A stretch of 64,000 bases of DNA from Omnitrophica WOR_2 bacterium GWF2_43_52 (GCA_001805445.1 MHGF01000023.1:18859-82858), one strand, 5' to 3'. Counted from the stretch's first letter, positions 27,764 to 37,936 are shown. Numbers and translations: made by a program. The notes: generated by a model not told the origin, from the sequence alone.

Positions 27764-30700
27764 ATGGAACCTTCCGAGAATATACAAAGAGCCGCAGAAA
27801 AAGATATCCGTTTCGCCGAACCTACCTTTATTGACCCTTTGACGAGATTATATAACCAATACTATCTTTTCCAGTTTCTTCCAGAGGAGATTAAAAAAGC
27901 GAATTTAGGGAATTATTCCTTGGCAGTCTTTATGATTGACTTGGACGGTTTTAAATATGTCAATGATACCTATGGCCACCTCTGCGGGGATGATGTTTTA
28001 AAGCAGATGGCAGAGATCCTTAAAAAATCAGTGCGCCAGACCGATATGGTGATTCGCTACGCGGGCGATGAATTTACCATTCTTTTGCCGGGCGTTGATT
28101 TGGCGCGGGTTGAAAAGTTGTCTGGGCAGCTTATAGAAAATGTCGCGAAAAACCCTTTTAAGGGATTAGAGGGAGAAAGCCTGAATCTGACCATAAGCAT
28201 GGGTTTTGCTATGTGCCCTGAAGATGGTACCGAGGTAGACAGGCTGATAGAATTGGCGGATAAGGCGCTCTACTTATCGAAACAGAGAGGGAAAAACCGT
28301 GTTTCTCAGGCAAAAGAAGTAACCCAGGAGAAAGTAAGTTCCCTTATCGCGTTGGATTCATTTCCTTGCCCCGCGTTTATCGATAGGCGCAAGGAAATAG
28401 ACACGCTCGCAAATATCTTTGATACGAAAGTATCGCAGGATAATTCATTACAGATGGCATTGATTTCCGGTGACGCGGGAATCGGCAAGTCTCGGCTGCT
28501 GACAGAATTAAATAATTATGTCCATGATAAGGCGGTTGTCATTGGCTGCCATGCTTCTCTTACGCACAAGGGGAATCCTTATTTTCTCTTTGCCCAGGGG
28601 ATCTCAAATTATATTCAGAAGATCGGCCCGCGTAATCCTCAGCTTGCTAATCTTCTCGCTAATGTCCCTATTGAAGAAGTCACAGAGCTCAGCCGAATCA
28701 TCCCCTTATTAGCTCCTCTGGTTGGAAGTTCGCAGGAGGTATCAGGAGAGGATAAGAAAGCGCGATTTTTACTCTTTAAGGGATTGCTTGACTTTTTTAT
28801 AGAGCTTACGCGCCATTCGGCGGTTGTATTTTCGTTTGATGACCTGCAATGGGCAGATAAGGCAAGTATCGAGCTGTTGCGCTACCTTTCCAAACAGGAA
28901 AAAAACAGGCGCATATTTATCGTATGCAGCCTTTCAGGGGATAGCTATGGAGAAGCAGTCAGGGATAATTATTTCAGGCCTTGGCAGGAAGAATTGAGCC
29001 TTATGGATAACGTTGCCGTAGTAAAGCTATCAACCCTTTCGTCAGAAGACGCGTCGAAAATGGTTGATGCTATTTTTCCCGGGACAGGCAGGGATGGGGA
29101 ATTTTGTAAGTCATTGTACGCGGCCACAAAGGGAAACCCTTCTTTTATTGAAGAAGTGCTGAAGTCGCTTGTGGAGAATTCGGTGATTCTGTATCAGGAT
29201 AACCGCTGGATGATAAAAAAAGAACTGTATAACCAGGGAACGTCATTTTCGCTGGAGGAGATTATCAAAAAACGCTTGAAAAGCCTGGATGAAGAGACCA
29301 AGGAGATGATTGTCCAGGCGGCAGTCATCGGGGAAGATTTTTCGCTTGATTTTTTAAGGAAGATCGATAATCGTGATGAAGGGTTTATGCTTGAGCTTTT
29401 AAACCGGGCAAAGAAAATGCGTTTGATAGATGAGACCGAACAAAAAGGCAAATACGGCTTTATCAATAAAAATATACAGCATATGCTCTATAACGAATTA
29501 AATGAAGAAGAGCGCGCACAGCTTCATCATAAGATTGCCAATGTTCTCGGCCAAGAGCATAAAGACAATTTATCCCAAGTGGCAGGAGAAATGGCATTCC
29601 ATTATACCCAGGCGCCCGGACAGGAGAAATCGGATGAGTTTCGTAGGACGCTTCTGGAAAAAGCCTCGGAACTTTTCAGCCCGGTCGAGATTGTCGAATA
29701 CCTCGATAACCTTTCAAAAAAAGCTCCTCTGGCAGAAGAAAAGGTGCTTCCCCTTACTGATGAAGCGCTTATTCATGAGGCAGTGAGGTTTGTTCGAATG
29801 CTTCAGAACGCCAGAAAGGTTTTTCATTTGTATCCTCCGGGAGCGATGAGAATCAACGCGGTGCAGGAGGCATTTGGCCTGGTAGAGCATATACTGAAAA
29901 GCACCGCGATGGTTGTGATAAGCCAGTCAGAAAGAAGGCTGCTTCTTAACGGAGAAGCAGTGATTATTAAAGAGGTTGATCAGGCAAGCGTTGAGAGTTT
30001 TTTGCAGCTTTTGTTGGAATATAATATCCAGTCACTATCCTTTAAGAACGGCATTATTCCCGAGGAATTGAATATTTTTCTCGATTACGCCAGTGCTCCT
30101 TCGGAAAAGATTAAGGAAAAAGGCGGCTGGGGGGCAATTTTCAATAAGGAAACCATGAAATCCCTCAAGGTTAATGACGCGCGTTTCGCGCAACCTGCGG
30201 GGCAGGAAAAAGAATCGGGAAAGAAAGATAAGCTCAAAGATATGATGCTCATGGAATTTTTCTTGGGTAAAGCAGGTATGGGAGGGATAGATAAAAAAAC
30301 GGTTATTAGTACAATCGAGAACGAACCGCAGAGTTTTGCCCGCACGCTTCAGGAAGCAGCCAAAGAATCGCTCAAGGAGGGTAAGACCAAGGATGAGGCA
30401 AAGGCGGTTACCGAAAGCATTGAAAAGATACATTCGCAGATATTCGGTAAGCAGCTGCAAAAAGCCTCTGACCCTAAGGCATTGGCCCGGATTATTATAG
30501 AGCTTGAACCGGGATTAAGAACCCGGGTTATACGGCTTCATTTGAAGGAGCAATCTTTGAAGACACCCGATACAAAAGACGATATGCTGTACGTGCTTCC
30601 TGAGGCGATTATCGTTGAGGCGCTTATCGTGGAATATAAGGAGTCCCAGGGAAATCTTATTGTCGTTAAGGCTTGCTTTGACAAAGCCTTTGGCAATGAC

Positions 30701-31843
30701 GCGGCAAGAAAACAGGCGGCATTAGCTTTATTAGAAGTATCGCTGGGTGAGCTTCAGGCGGAGAAAAGCGCCGCGCCTTTTATCGGCGGGCAGTTTCCCT
30801 GGGAGAATGTTTCACTTCCCGCGCGCCTGGAGACTCTTGCTAGCTTGCCGGATAACTATTACCCTGCTGAATTAGGAAAAATAAAATTATTATTGGAAGA
30901 GTTAACCTCGCATCAGAAGCCGGTGGAGTTGGAAAAATTTATATCGCACCTGCTTGCGAAAGTAGGCAAGTTTGACCCCTTGATCCGTAAGGACATTATT
31001 ATGGCGCTCTCTGGCGTAGTGAAAACATCGTTATGTAACGATACTATTGACAGCCTTAAAATGCAGGATAGGTTAGGAATTATATGGAAACTTTTAAAGG
31101 CTGAATCACAGCCAAGAGAATTCCGTGTTTTACTGGATATCCTTCGGGATGCCTGCAGGGAACTTGCTTCTCATTTGCAATTACTGGGTGATGTGGTTCT
31201 TGAAAGAGACAAGCCTGAAGTGAAGAAATATGTCGCGTTTATACGCCAGCTTTGTTTTTCCCTTGGAGAGGCAATGCAAAAAGAAAAAAACAGTGATTCG
31301 GAAATATGCAAGCTTGCCGCCGGATTTATAAAAGATATAGTGTATGGCAGGCTTTTAGAGGTTTTCGCCTATGCTGTTGTCAGTGCTTCTGGAGAAGAAA
31401 GAGCGAAGGTAAAGATACTCTTTCCTTTTATTTACGAGAAACTAGCGGATGCTGTGATCGCTTTTCATGCCTCCAAGGATATAAAGTTTGGAGATTCGTT
31501 TTCAGAGTACGCGATAATCAAGGGAAGCGCTGATGTTTTGCTGGAACTTGGGGAGCCGGCATTGCATAGGCTAAAGCAGAAATTATCCCAGGCACGCGAT
31601 GATATATCCGTATCACTCATTGAGTTAATCAAACACCTTAATAAAGAGGAATTAATAGAGCCGTTATCTTCACTGATTCACCACAAAAATCAGGTAATAC
31701 GCTATAAGGTGATTGTAGCTTTAGCCGCTATCGGAACCCAGAAGGCGCACGAAGTGCTTGTTGGGGCGCTCAAGGGAGAGAAAGATAAAAGGATGCGGTC
31801 GTTACTTAAAGACGAAGTGCGTAAGTTAAAGGCGAAAAGATAA
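27764..31843 (+). CDS. 1359-aa protein with GGDEF (AGDEF variant, intact RxxD I-site), AAA_16/STAND NTPase, a helical domain and C-terminal HEAT/ARM-like repeats
   Basis: The GGDEF domain spans residues ~15-185 (DLDGFKYVNDTYGH…RQTDMVIRYAGDEFTILLPG). Walker A is GDAGIGKSRLLTEL and Walker B is VVFSFDDLQWAD. The C-terminal ~300 aa hold PBS-lyase/HEAT-like repeats (…VIRYKVIVALAAIGTQKAHEVLVGAL). Confidence 0.8.
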   Translation: MEPSENIQRAAEKDIRFAEPTFIDPLTRLYNQYYLFQFLPEEIKKANLGNYSLAVFMIDLDGFKYVNDTYGHLCGDDVLKQMAEILKKSVRQTDMVIRYAGDEFTILLPGVDLARVEKLSGQLIENVAKNPFKGLEGESLNLTISMGFAMCPEDGTEVDRLIELADKALYLSKQRGKNRVSQAKEVTQEKVSSLIALDSFPCPAFIDRRKEIDTLANIFDTKVSQDNSLQMALISGDAGIGKSRLLTELNNYVHDKAVVIGCHASLTHKGNPYFLFAQGISNYIQKIGPRNPQLANLLANVPIEEVTELSRIIPLLAPLVGSSQEVSGEDKKARFLLFKGLLDFFIELTRHSAVVFSFDDLQWADKASIELLRYLSKQEKNRRIFIVCSLSGDSYGEAVRDNYFRPWQEELSLMDNVAVVKLSTLSSEDASKMVDAIFPGTGRDGEFCKSLYAATKGNPSFIEEVLKSLVENSVILYQDNRWMIKKELYNQGTSFSLEEIIKKRLKSLDEETKEMIVQAAVIGEDFSLDFLRKIDNRDEGFMLELLNRAKKMRLIDETEQKGKYGFINKNIQHMLYNELNEEERAQLHHKIANVLGQEHKDNLSQVAGEMAFHYTQAPGQEKSDEFRRTLLEKASELFSPVEIVEYLDNLSKKAPLAEEKVLPLTDEALIHEAVRFVRMLQNARKVFHLYPPGAMRINAVQEAFGLVEHILKSTAMVVISQSERRLLLNGEAVIIKEVDQASVESFLQLLLEYNIQSLSFKNGIIPEELNIFLDYASAPSEKIKEKGGWGAIFNKETMKSLKVNDARFAQPAGQEKESGKKDKLKDMMLMEFFLGKAGMGGIDKKTVISTIENEPQSFARTLQEAAKESLKEGKTKDEAKAVTESIEKIHSQIFGKQLQKASDPKALARIIIELEPGLRTRVIRLHLKEQSLKTPDTKDDMLYVLPEAIIVEALIVEYKESQGNLIVVKACFDKAFGNDAARKQAALALLEVSLGELQAEKSAAPFIGGQFPWENVSLPARLETLASLPDNYYPAELGKIKLLLEELTSHQKPVELEKFISHLLAKVGKFDPLIRKDIIMALSGVVKTSLCNDTIDSLKMQDRLGIIWKLLKAESQPREFRVLLDILRDACRELASHLQLLGDVVLERDKPEVKKYVAFIRQLCFSLGEAMQKEKNSDSEICKLAAGFIKDIVYGRLLEVFAYAVVSASGEERAKVKILFPFIYEKLADAVIAFHASKDIKFGDSFSEYAIIKGSADVLLELGEPALHRLKQKLSQARDDISVSLIELIKHLNKEELIEPLSSLIHHKNQVIRYKVIVALAAIGTQKAHEVLVGALKGEKDKRMRSLLKDEVRKLKAKR

Positions 31844-31846
31844 ACA

Positions 31847-32302
31847 ATGTCACCGCTCAGGCGTGTTAAGGCAAAAATCGGGGATTTGCTGCTACAGGAT
31901 GGCCTCATTACCGAGGCGCAGCTGCAGGAGGCCATTTCTTTGCAGAAGACTAATGCTAAAGACAAGACCTTGGGGCAAATTTTGTTAGAATTCGGGTATG
32001 TCAAGAAAGATGATTTATATACCGTTTTGGCTGTTCAAAGCGGCTATCCTTATCTTGCTATTCATCATTGCGTTGTCAATCCCAAGGTCTTAGCGCTTTT
32101 ACCGGAATCAGTAGTAAGAAAACATCAGGCGTTTCCTATTGATAAAATCCATGATATTTTTACCGTCGCCATGGTAAATCCTCTGGATAGGGCTGCTCTT
32201 GAGCAGATTGAAGATCTTGTTCAAAGCAGGGTGAGGGTTTTTTTAACAACGCCCGCGGATTTGGAAAAGGCGTTGAACCGCTACTATAGCGTAAAAACGT
32301 AG
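31847..32302 (+). CDS. Free-standing MshEN / T2SSE_N (PilB N1) domain protein; candidate c-di-GMP receptor
   Basis: KIGDLLLQDGLITEAQLQEAISLQ matches the 24-residue MshEN c-di-GMP-binding motif RLGxx(L/V/I)(L/V/I)xxG(L/V/I)(L/V/I)xxxx(L/V/I)xxx(L/V/I/F)xxQ. The rest is a GspE_N fold. It is in frame with the downstream ATPase but separated from it by TAG and TAA stops. Confidence 0.7.
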   Translation: MSPLRRVKAKIGDLLLQDGLITEAQLQEAISLQKTNAKDKTLGQILLEFGYVKKDDLYTVLAVQSGYPYLAIHHCVVNPKVLALLPESVVRKHQAFPIDKIHDIFTVAMVNPLDRAALEQIEDLVQSRVRVFLTTPADLEKALNRYYSVKT

Positions 32303-32359
32303 GGGGACGACATTTGTTTTTCGTCTCCTGCTTTATTATCATAACCTATAGATAAGCAC

Positions 32360-33592
32360 ATGCCGCCATCTGAAAAAAACGAAAAGCCGATACAAGAGCC
32401 AGCCATCCCCTCGGGTGTCATTGATGATAATCCTGTTGTGCTGGCGGTCAATAAGATTCTGGTTGAGGGAATAGAGAAAGGTTCAAGCGACATTTTGATC
32501 GAACCGTTAGATAATGAAGTGCAGGTGCGCTACCGGATTGACGGAATACTTCACAGGATGCATCTTTTTCCTAAAAGCTTTCAGGATGGAATCGTAGGCC
32601 GTATAAAGGTAATGTCCGGGCTGGATATCAGTGAGCACAGGCTTCCTCAGGACGGAAGGCTGAAAATGACGTATAGCTCTAAGGAGGTAGATTTACGGGT
32701 TTCTGTTCTGCCCGCGAGCCTGGGTGAAAAAGTAGTATTGAGAGTATTGGATAAATCAAGGACCGTGCTTGATATCAGTACCTTAGGATTTGACCAGCGC
32801 ACGCTTGAGCTGTTAAAGGTTAATTTAGTTAAGCCGGTAGGCATGATTTTGGTTTGTGGAGCAACAGGTTCCGGAAAGACGACAACACTCTATTCCGCGG
32901 TACAATACATTGATTCTATCGATAAGAATATCGTTACCGTTGAAGACCCCGTAGAATACCAATTGTACGGGATCAATCAAGTAGCGGTCTCTGAAGATAT
33001 AGGGCTGAATTTCGCCTCTGCCTTGCGCTCCATACTGCGCCAGGACCCCGATGTGGTGCTTGTGGGAGAAATAAGGGATTTTGAAGCTGCCGACATCGCT
33101 ATTAAGGCATCGTTAACCGGCCACCTGCTTTTAAGCACGCTCCACACCATTTCCGCGACCGGGTCTACGGTGCGTTTGATGAATATGGGCATAGAGCCGT
33201 TTCTCATTGCCTCGTCGTGCCTTTTAGTGGTAGCGCAGGTTTTAGCGCGCCTCTTGTGCCCTAAGTGTAAAGAGCCCTATCATCCGTCAAAAGAAGTAGC
33301 GGATGTTCTTCGGGCTTCTCATCTTAGCCTGGATGAACAAACAGTGTTGTATCGGAAGAAAGGCTGCAACGAGTGCAATCATGCCGGGTTTAAAGGAAGG
33401 ACGGTCGTTGCTGAAAGTTTAGAGATTACCGCTAGTATCAGAGATTTGATTATCGCGCGCGCGTCGGAACAAGATATCAGGAATGCCGCCTATAAAGAGG
33501 GGATGGTAAGTATCAGCGAGAATGGCTTTCAATTAGTATTGGAAGGGCTTACCACGATGGATGAGATTTTACGCGTAACCTCTCTTGAATGA
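32360..33592 (+). CDS. PilB/GspE-family secretion ATPase lacking the N1 domain (N2 domain, RecA-like ATPase and tetracysteine Zn motif)
   Basis: Walker A GATGSGKTTTLY, Asp and His boxes, and CPKC…CNEC. Confidence 0.85.
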   Translation: MPPSEKNEKPIQEPAIPSGVIDDNPVVLAVNKILVEGIEKGSSDILIEPLDNEVQVRYRIDGILHRMHLFPKSFQDGIVGRIKVMSGLDISEHRLPQDGRLKMTYSSKEVDLRVSVLPASLGEKVVLRVLDKSRTVLDISTLGFDQRTLELLKVNLVKPVGMILVCGATGSGKTTTLYSAVQYIDSIDKNIVTVEDPVEYQLYGINQVAVSEDIGLNFASALRSILRQDPDVVLVGEIRDFEAADIAIKASLTGHLLLSTLHTISATGSTVRLMNMGIEPFLIASSCLLVVAQVLARLLCPKCKEPYHPSKEVADVLRASHLSLDEQTVLYRKKGCNECNHAGFKGRTVVAESLEITASIRDLIIARASEQDIRNAAYKEGMVSISENGFQLVLEGLTTMDEILRVTSLE

Positions 33593-35285
33593 GGTAAAAC
33601 GTTACATCGCTATGGATACGAAGAATCAAAATAACTATTCCGGTGATAAAATAAAGGGGGATACTCCTTTGTCAGCCTCTGTCTCCTTGCGGCTTGAGGC
33701 TGATTCGCTGGAGGAACTGCAGCTAAAGAAAATACTTTCTTTTTGCGAAGACCTGGATATCCCGGTCATTAACCTAGCCAACTATAAAATTCCTCCTGAA
33801 TTGCTGCGCTTAATTTCCGAAGATTTGGCAAGGACGTACAAAATTATTCCTGTGGCCAAATATGGGAATATGCTTACCGTCGCTACCGCGGATCCGTTTG
33901 ATATTGTGGCTATAGATAATTTTAAGACGATAACAAAATTAGACATCCGTCTGGTCTTAAGCGCTCCCGCGCAGATAGCCAAGGCCTTAAATGACTACTA
34001 TAGCGCGCTCAATTTAGAAAAGGCTATGGATGAGAATCAAGTCCTGGTAGAAGAAACGCTTAAGGTTGAGGCAGTTGCCAATGACGCGATAAATATTGAA
34101 GAGATCGCGGAATTAAGCCAGCAGGTACAGATAGTTGAGATGGTTAATAGTATTTTAACCGATGGCCTGAAGCAGCGTGCCTCAGATATCCACATTGAGC
34201 CCTATGCCCAGAAGTTCCGGATACGGTATCGTATCGATGGTATTTTACAGGAGAGAAAGCTTGCCATAGAGAAGCAGTATGAATACGCGGTGATTGCCCG
34301 GCTTAAGATCATGTCACAACTGGATATTACGCAGCGCAGGCTTCCTCAAGACGGAAGGATTTCGATTAAAGTAGCCGATAAAGAAATTGACCTTCGGGTA
34401 TCGGTCTTGCCGCTGGCTACCGGTGAAAAGATAGTCATGAGAATCCTGGAAAAAGGCAATGTGCAGGTAAACCTGGAAAAATTAGGGTTTTCTGCTACCG
34501 CGCAAGAAGCGTTTAGAAGGGTTATTCACAGGCCTAACGGCATGATCCTCGTTACCGGCCCTACCGGAAGCGGAAAGTCTACCACACTCTACGCGATATT
34601 AAGCCTTTTAAATGTTCCGGAAAAAAACTTGATTACTGTCGAAGATCCTGTAGAATATCAAATGAAAGGGATAACGCAGGTTCATGTGCGTTCAGATATC
34701 GGTTTGACCTTTGCCAGCGTTTTAAGGGCGATTTTGAGGCAGACCCCTGATGTTGTTATGGTGGGTGAAATCCGCGATTTTGAAACCGTGGATATAGCAA
34801 TTAAAGCAGCGCTCACCGGCCACCTTATCTTAAGCACCCTGCATACCAATGACGCCCCCAGCACCATTGTGCGCCTTATCAATATAGGGGTAGAGCCGTT
34901 TTTAATTGCCTCAACGGTTAATCTTATTGCCGCGCAGAGGCTTTGCCGTAAGATCTGCCAGCAATGCAAAGAATCCTATACCTTGCCTCCCATGAACCTG
35001 AAAGGATTACCCGCTGAATATAAGGATAAAAAAGCGATTTTTTTCCGGGGCAAGGGTTGTCCGCGGTGTAACAATACCGGTTATTACGGACGGGTGGCAA
35101 TAATCGAGGCGCTGGTGATGGATGATGTTGTACGCCAGATGATTACGGATAAGGTGCCGATACCGAATATTGCCGAGTACGCCCGTAAGCATGGGATGAA
35201 GACCTTGCGGGAAGATGCCATCGATAAATGTTTGTTAGGCGAGATTTCTTTAGAGGAAGCTTTACGGGTAACCCCTGAAGGCTAA
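33585..35285 (+). CDS. pilB: Type IV pilus assembly ATPase PilB (full length, with N1 domain)
   Basis: GspE_N domain, Walker A GPTGSGKSTTLY, and CQQC…CPRC. 566 aa. Confidence 0.9.
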   Translation: MNEVKRYIAMDTKNQNNYSGDKIKGDTPLSASVSLRLEADSLEELQLKKILSFCEDLDIPVINLANYKIPPELLRLISEDLARTYKIIPVAKYGNMLTVATADPFDIVAIDNFKTITKLDIRLVLSAPAQIAKALNDYYSALNLEKAMDENQVLVEETLKVEAVANDAINIEEIAELSQQVQIVEMVNSILTDGLKQRASDIHIEPYAQKFRIRYRIDGILQERKLAIEKQYEYAVIARLKIMSQLDITQRRLPQDGRISIKVADKEIDLRVSVLPLATGEKIVMRILEKGNVQVNLEKLGFSATAQEAFRRVIHRPNGMILVTGPTGSGKSTTLYAILSLLNVPEKNLITVEDPVEYQMKGITQVHVRSDIGLTFASVLRAILRQTPDVVMVGEIRDFETVDIAIKAALTGHLILSTLHTNDAPSTIVRLINIGVEPFLIASTVNLIAAQRLCRKICQQCKESYTLPPMNLKGLPAEYKDKKAIFFRGKGCPRCNNTGYYGRVAIIEALVMDDVVRQMITDKVPIPNIAEYARKHGMKTLREDAIDKCLLGEISLEEALRVTPEG

Positions 35286-35300
35286 GCTCGTTACCACTGA

Positions 35301-35430
35301 GATACACGAATTCCCACGAATTGCACACTAATCATCACGAATACAGCGACGAAGTAATTCGTGTGTATTTGTGTGTAATTTGTGCCTATTCGTGCAAAAT
35401 AAAGGTTTTTCAGCAGTAACTAAACTATTA
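35301..35430 (+). repeat. Repeat family B, copy B1 (CACGAATTACACAC-type structured ~125-bp element)
   Basis: More than 90% identical to 43036-43165 (reverse complement) and 53213-53340. It has internal inverted repeats and ends in TTTTTCAGCAGTAACTAA. Confidence 0.7.
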
Positions 35431-35438
35431 GAGGGAAA

Positions 35439-36647
35439 ATGTCACTTTTTAGCTATACGGCAACCGATTATAGCGGGCAGAAGATAACCGGAAGAATGGA
35501 GGCAAAAGACAGGGCTGTCCTTATCAATAATTTGAGGAAGAATCAGTTGGTTATCATCGCGATAAGGGAGCTCAAAGAATCGGAGGTCCGCGCGCTTAAG
35601 AAAAGCGGCAGGGTAAAGCTGGATGACTTGACGGTATGCTTCAGGCAGTTAGCCGCCTTGGTGAAAGCGGGCATTCCGCTGGTAAAAAGCTTGAATATCC
35701 TTTTTGCCCAGGCCGAGAGCCCTTTTTTGAAAGAAATTCTTTCCTCATTACTAGCTAAAATAGAATCCGGCACAAGCCTTTCCGAGGCAATGAGCAGTTA
35801 TCCCCAGGTATTTTTATCTATGCATATCAATATGATTAGGGCAGGTGAAGTTAGCGGTGCGCTGGAAACGATTTTAGAGAGGCTTGCTCTTTACTTAGAG
35901 TCATCAAGTAAACTTAACCGCAAGGTGAAATCCGCGATGATGTATCCTGCCGTGGTTATCAGTGTCGCGCTTATGATTACCACGGGTATATTTATCTTCG
36001 TCATCCCTCAGTTCCAGGGCATGTTTGCCTCGTTAGGGGCAAATTTACCGCTTCCTACGCAGATTATGATTAACTTAAGCAATTTTCTTCGGCAGTACTT
36101 TGTTGCCCTTATTATTTGTGGTATACTTCTATGGGTAGCTTTACAAAAGGTTATGGCGAAGCCACAGGTTAGGGTAAGATGGGACAGGATAAAGCTGGAT
36201 TTACCTGTGGCGGGAAAACTAATCCGTAAGATTGTCGTCGCCCGTTTCGCGCGGACAACCTCCACCTTGCTTAAAAGCGGAGTGACTATTCTTTCGGCCC
36301 TCGATATCGGCAGTAAGACCACGGAAAATAGGACTATTGAAATAACCTTGGCGAAAGTAATCAACAGAGTCAGTAAGGGAGAGAGAATTGGGGAGTCATT
36401 GGCAGAAAATAAGGTCTTTTCGCCCATGGTAGTCAGTCTTATCGCGGTAGGTGAGGAAACCGGAGACCTTGGCTCTATGCTGGATAAGATTGCCAGTTTT
36501 TATGAAGATGAGGTTGATACCGCCATTAGCGGGCTTACCTCTTTGCTTGAGCCGTTTATCATTGTCTTTTTAGGAGGCATGATCGGCACTATTGTGCTGT
36601 CGTTATTTTTGCCTATTTTTAAAATTACCCAATATGTGGGAAGGTAA
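35439..36647 (+). CDS. pilC: Type IV pilus inner-membrane platform protein PilC (GspF family)
   Basis: Two GspF repeats, three TM segments, about 400 aa. Confidence 0.9.
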   Translation: MSLFSYTATDYSGQKITGRMEAKDRAVLINNLRKNQLVIIAIRELKESEVRALKKSGRVKLDDLTVCFRQLAALVKAGIPLVKSLNILFAQAESPFLKEILSSLLAKIESGTSLSEAMSSYPQVFLSMHINMIRAGEVSGALETILERLALYLESSSKLNRKVKSAMMYPAVVISVALMITTGIFIFVIPQFQGMFASLGANLPLPTQIMINLSNFLRQYFVALIICGILLWVALQKVMAKPQVRVRWDRIKLDLPVAGKLIRKIVVARFARTTSTLLKSGVTILSALDIGSKTTENRTIEITLAKVINRVSKGERIGESLAENKVFSPMVVSLIAVGEETGDLGSMLDKIASFYEDEVDTAISGLTSLLEPFIIVFLGGMIGTIVLSLFLPIFKITQYVGR

Positions 36648-36651
36648 GGAG

Positions 36652-37149
36652 ATGAACACGATGATAGGAAAGCAGAATACGGTAAGAAGGCAAAAGGCTG
36701 TTACCCTTATTGAGCTTTTAATTTCGCTTTTTATCGGGGTTGTGGTAATTGGCGCCTTGCTGGGGTTGGTTAATTATACCTCCGAATTGCAGGAAACATC
36801 GCGCAATAAAATGATTGCCTTAAACGACGCCCGGCAGGTTATTGAGCAGATAAAATATGCTGCCGATACCAGTTTTGATAATGCGATCAGCCAGTACAGC
36901 GCTGCCGCGAATCAGACGTTTACTCCCGCGGGATTAGACGCTAGAGGAAGGATTATCTTAAATAACGTAGCCGGAGGCGGCGGTGACCTTTATGATGTGA
37001 TGGTTCTTGTCTGCTGGAGGCAGCGAAGAAACAGGATAATCGGCGAGTGTGTAAATAGTGGCGGGGTGCTGCAATTTAGCGATTTGGATGGAGATGGAAA
37101 CCTTGAATCGCCTTGCTCGCTCACTACAGCTATCAGGAGGACGAATTAA
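36652..37149 (+). CDS. Pseudopilin / minor pilin (class III signal …QKAVTLIELLISLFIGVVV)
   Basis: Prepilin-like N-terminus with Glu at +5 and Ala at -1. RBS AAGGAG lies upstream. The ORF track starts at 36592. Confidence 0.6.
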   Translation: MNTMIGKQNTVRRQKAVTLIELLISLFIGVVVIGALLGLVNYTSELQETSRNKMIALNDARQVIEQIKYAADTSFDNAISQYSAAANQTFTPAGLDARGRIILNNVAGGGGDLYDVMVLVCWRQRRNRIIGECVNSGGVLQFSDLDGDGNLESPCSLTTAIRRTN

Positions 37150-37152
37150 CCT

Positions 37153-37725
37153 ATGAAAAAAGGATACAGCCTTTTGGAAGTCTTAATCGTGGCAGGCTTG
37201 ATTGTTGTGGTAACAGCTTTGCTATTGAATATGTCAAATACTTTTAATTTAAGCTGGGATGTCCAAAATGTCAAGATGGAATTAGACCAGCAGGCACGCC
37301 GCGGCATAGACGAGATGATAAGAGATTTATATGAGGCTACGTCTACTTCTGGTCAAACCACGGTTACTGCTAATAGCGTTAATTTCAGAGTCCCGGTAGT
37401 GGTTGATGACAATTTTCCTAATCCTCCGGATATTTATGACGCCAGCGGCAATATTTATTGGGGGGCAGACGGAGTAGTCGGCAATAATATTAGCTACCGC
37501 GTCAATTCAGGCCAGTTAGTAAGAGAAGTGATAAGCGGAACGAGTATAATCAGCAGCCGTGTCTACGCTAATAATGTTACAAACTTAGCTTTCACCCAGC
37601 AGCCTCCTAGCCCGCAGTTTCCCAGAGCTATAGCGATAAATATTACTTGCCAGAAGCCGGTGCGCAGGGGGTCTCTTACCCTGGCTAATTCCACTATGCA
37701 GTCACAGGTTACTCTGAGAAATTAA
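37153..37725 (+). CDS. Pseudopilin / minor pilin (MKKGYSLLEVLIVAGLIVVV)
   Basis: Canonical G at -1, Y at +1, and E at +5. Confidence 0.7.
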   Translation: MKKGYSLLEVLIVAGLIVVVTALLLNMSNTFNLSWDVQNVKMELDQQARRGIDEMIRDLYEATSTSGQTTVTANSVNFRVPVVVDDNFPNPPDIYDASGNIYWGADGVVGNNISYRVNSGQLVREVISGTSIISSRVYANNVTNLAFTQQPPSPQFPRAIAINITCQKPVRRGSLTLANSTMQSQVTLRN

Positions 37726-37936
37726 CCCATGGCAACCTTGAAAAGTTACACACTCTATGATATACTATAAGTAGTAATTTAGAAAGAGACCTATTGTTAA
37801 AGGCAAATCCGCCGTAAGGCGGAGACGCAAAGCCAATGAGCCCGCCAACGATATGTGGCGAGGTAGTCAGGTTGCCAAAGGGTAATAAGTTTTAAGAATC
37901 CTGCAGGCATTCTGCGGGATTTTTTTATGGAGTATT

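Noticed and set aside
32300-32360. Programmed readthrough or frameshift joining MshEN to the ATPase
   Set aside because: Two in-frame stops (TAG and TAA) 40 nt apart, plus a separate ATG start for the ATPase, make a single translational fusion unlikely. A genuine split or a recent pseudogene-like fission is more parsimonious. This is flagged for read-level confirmation.
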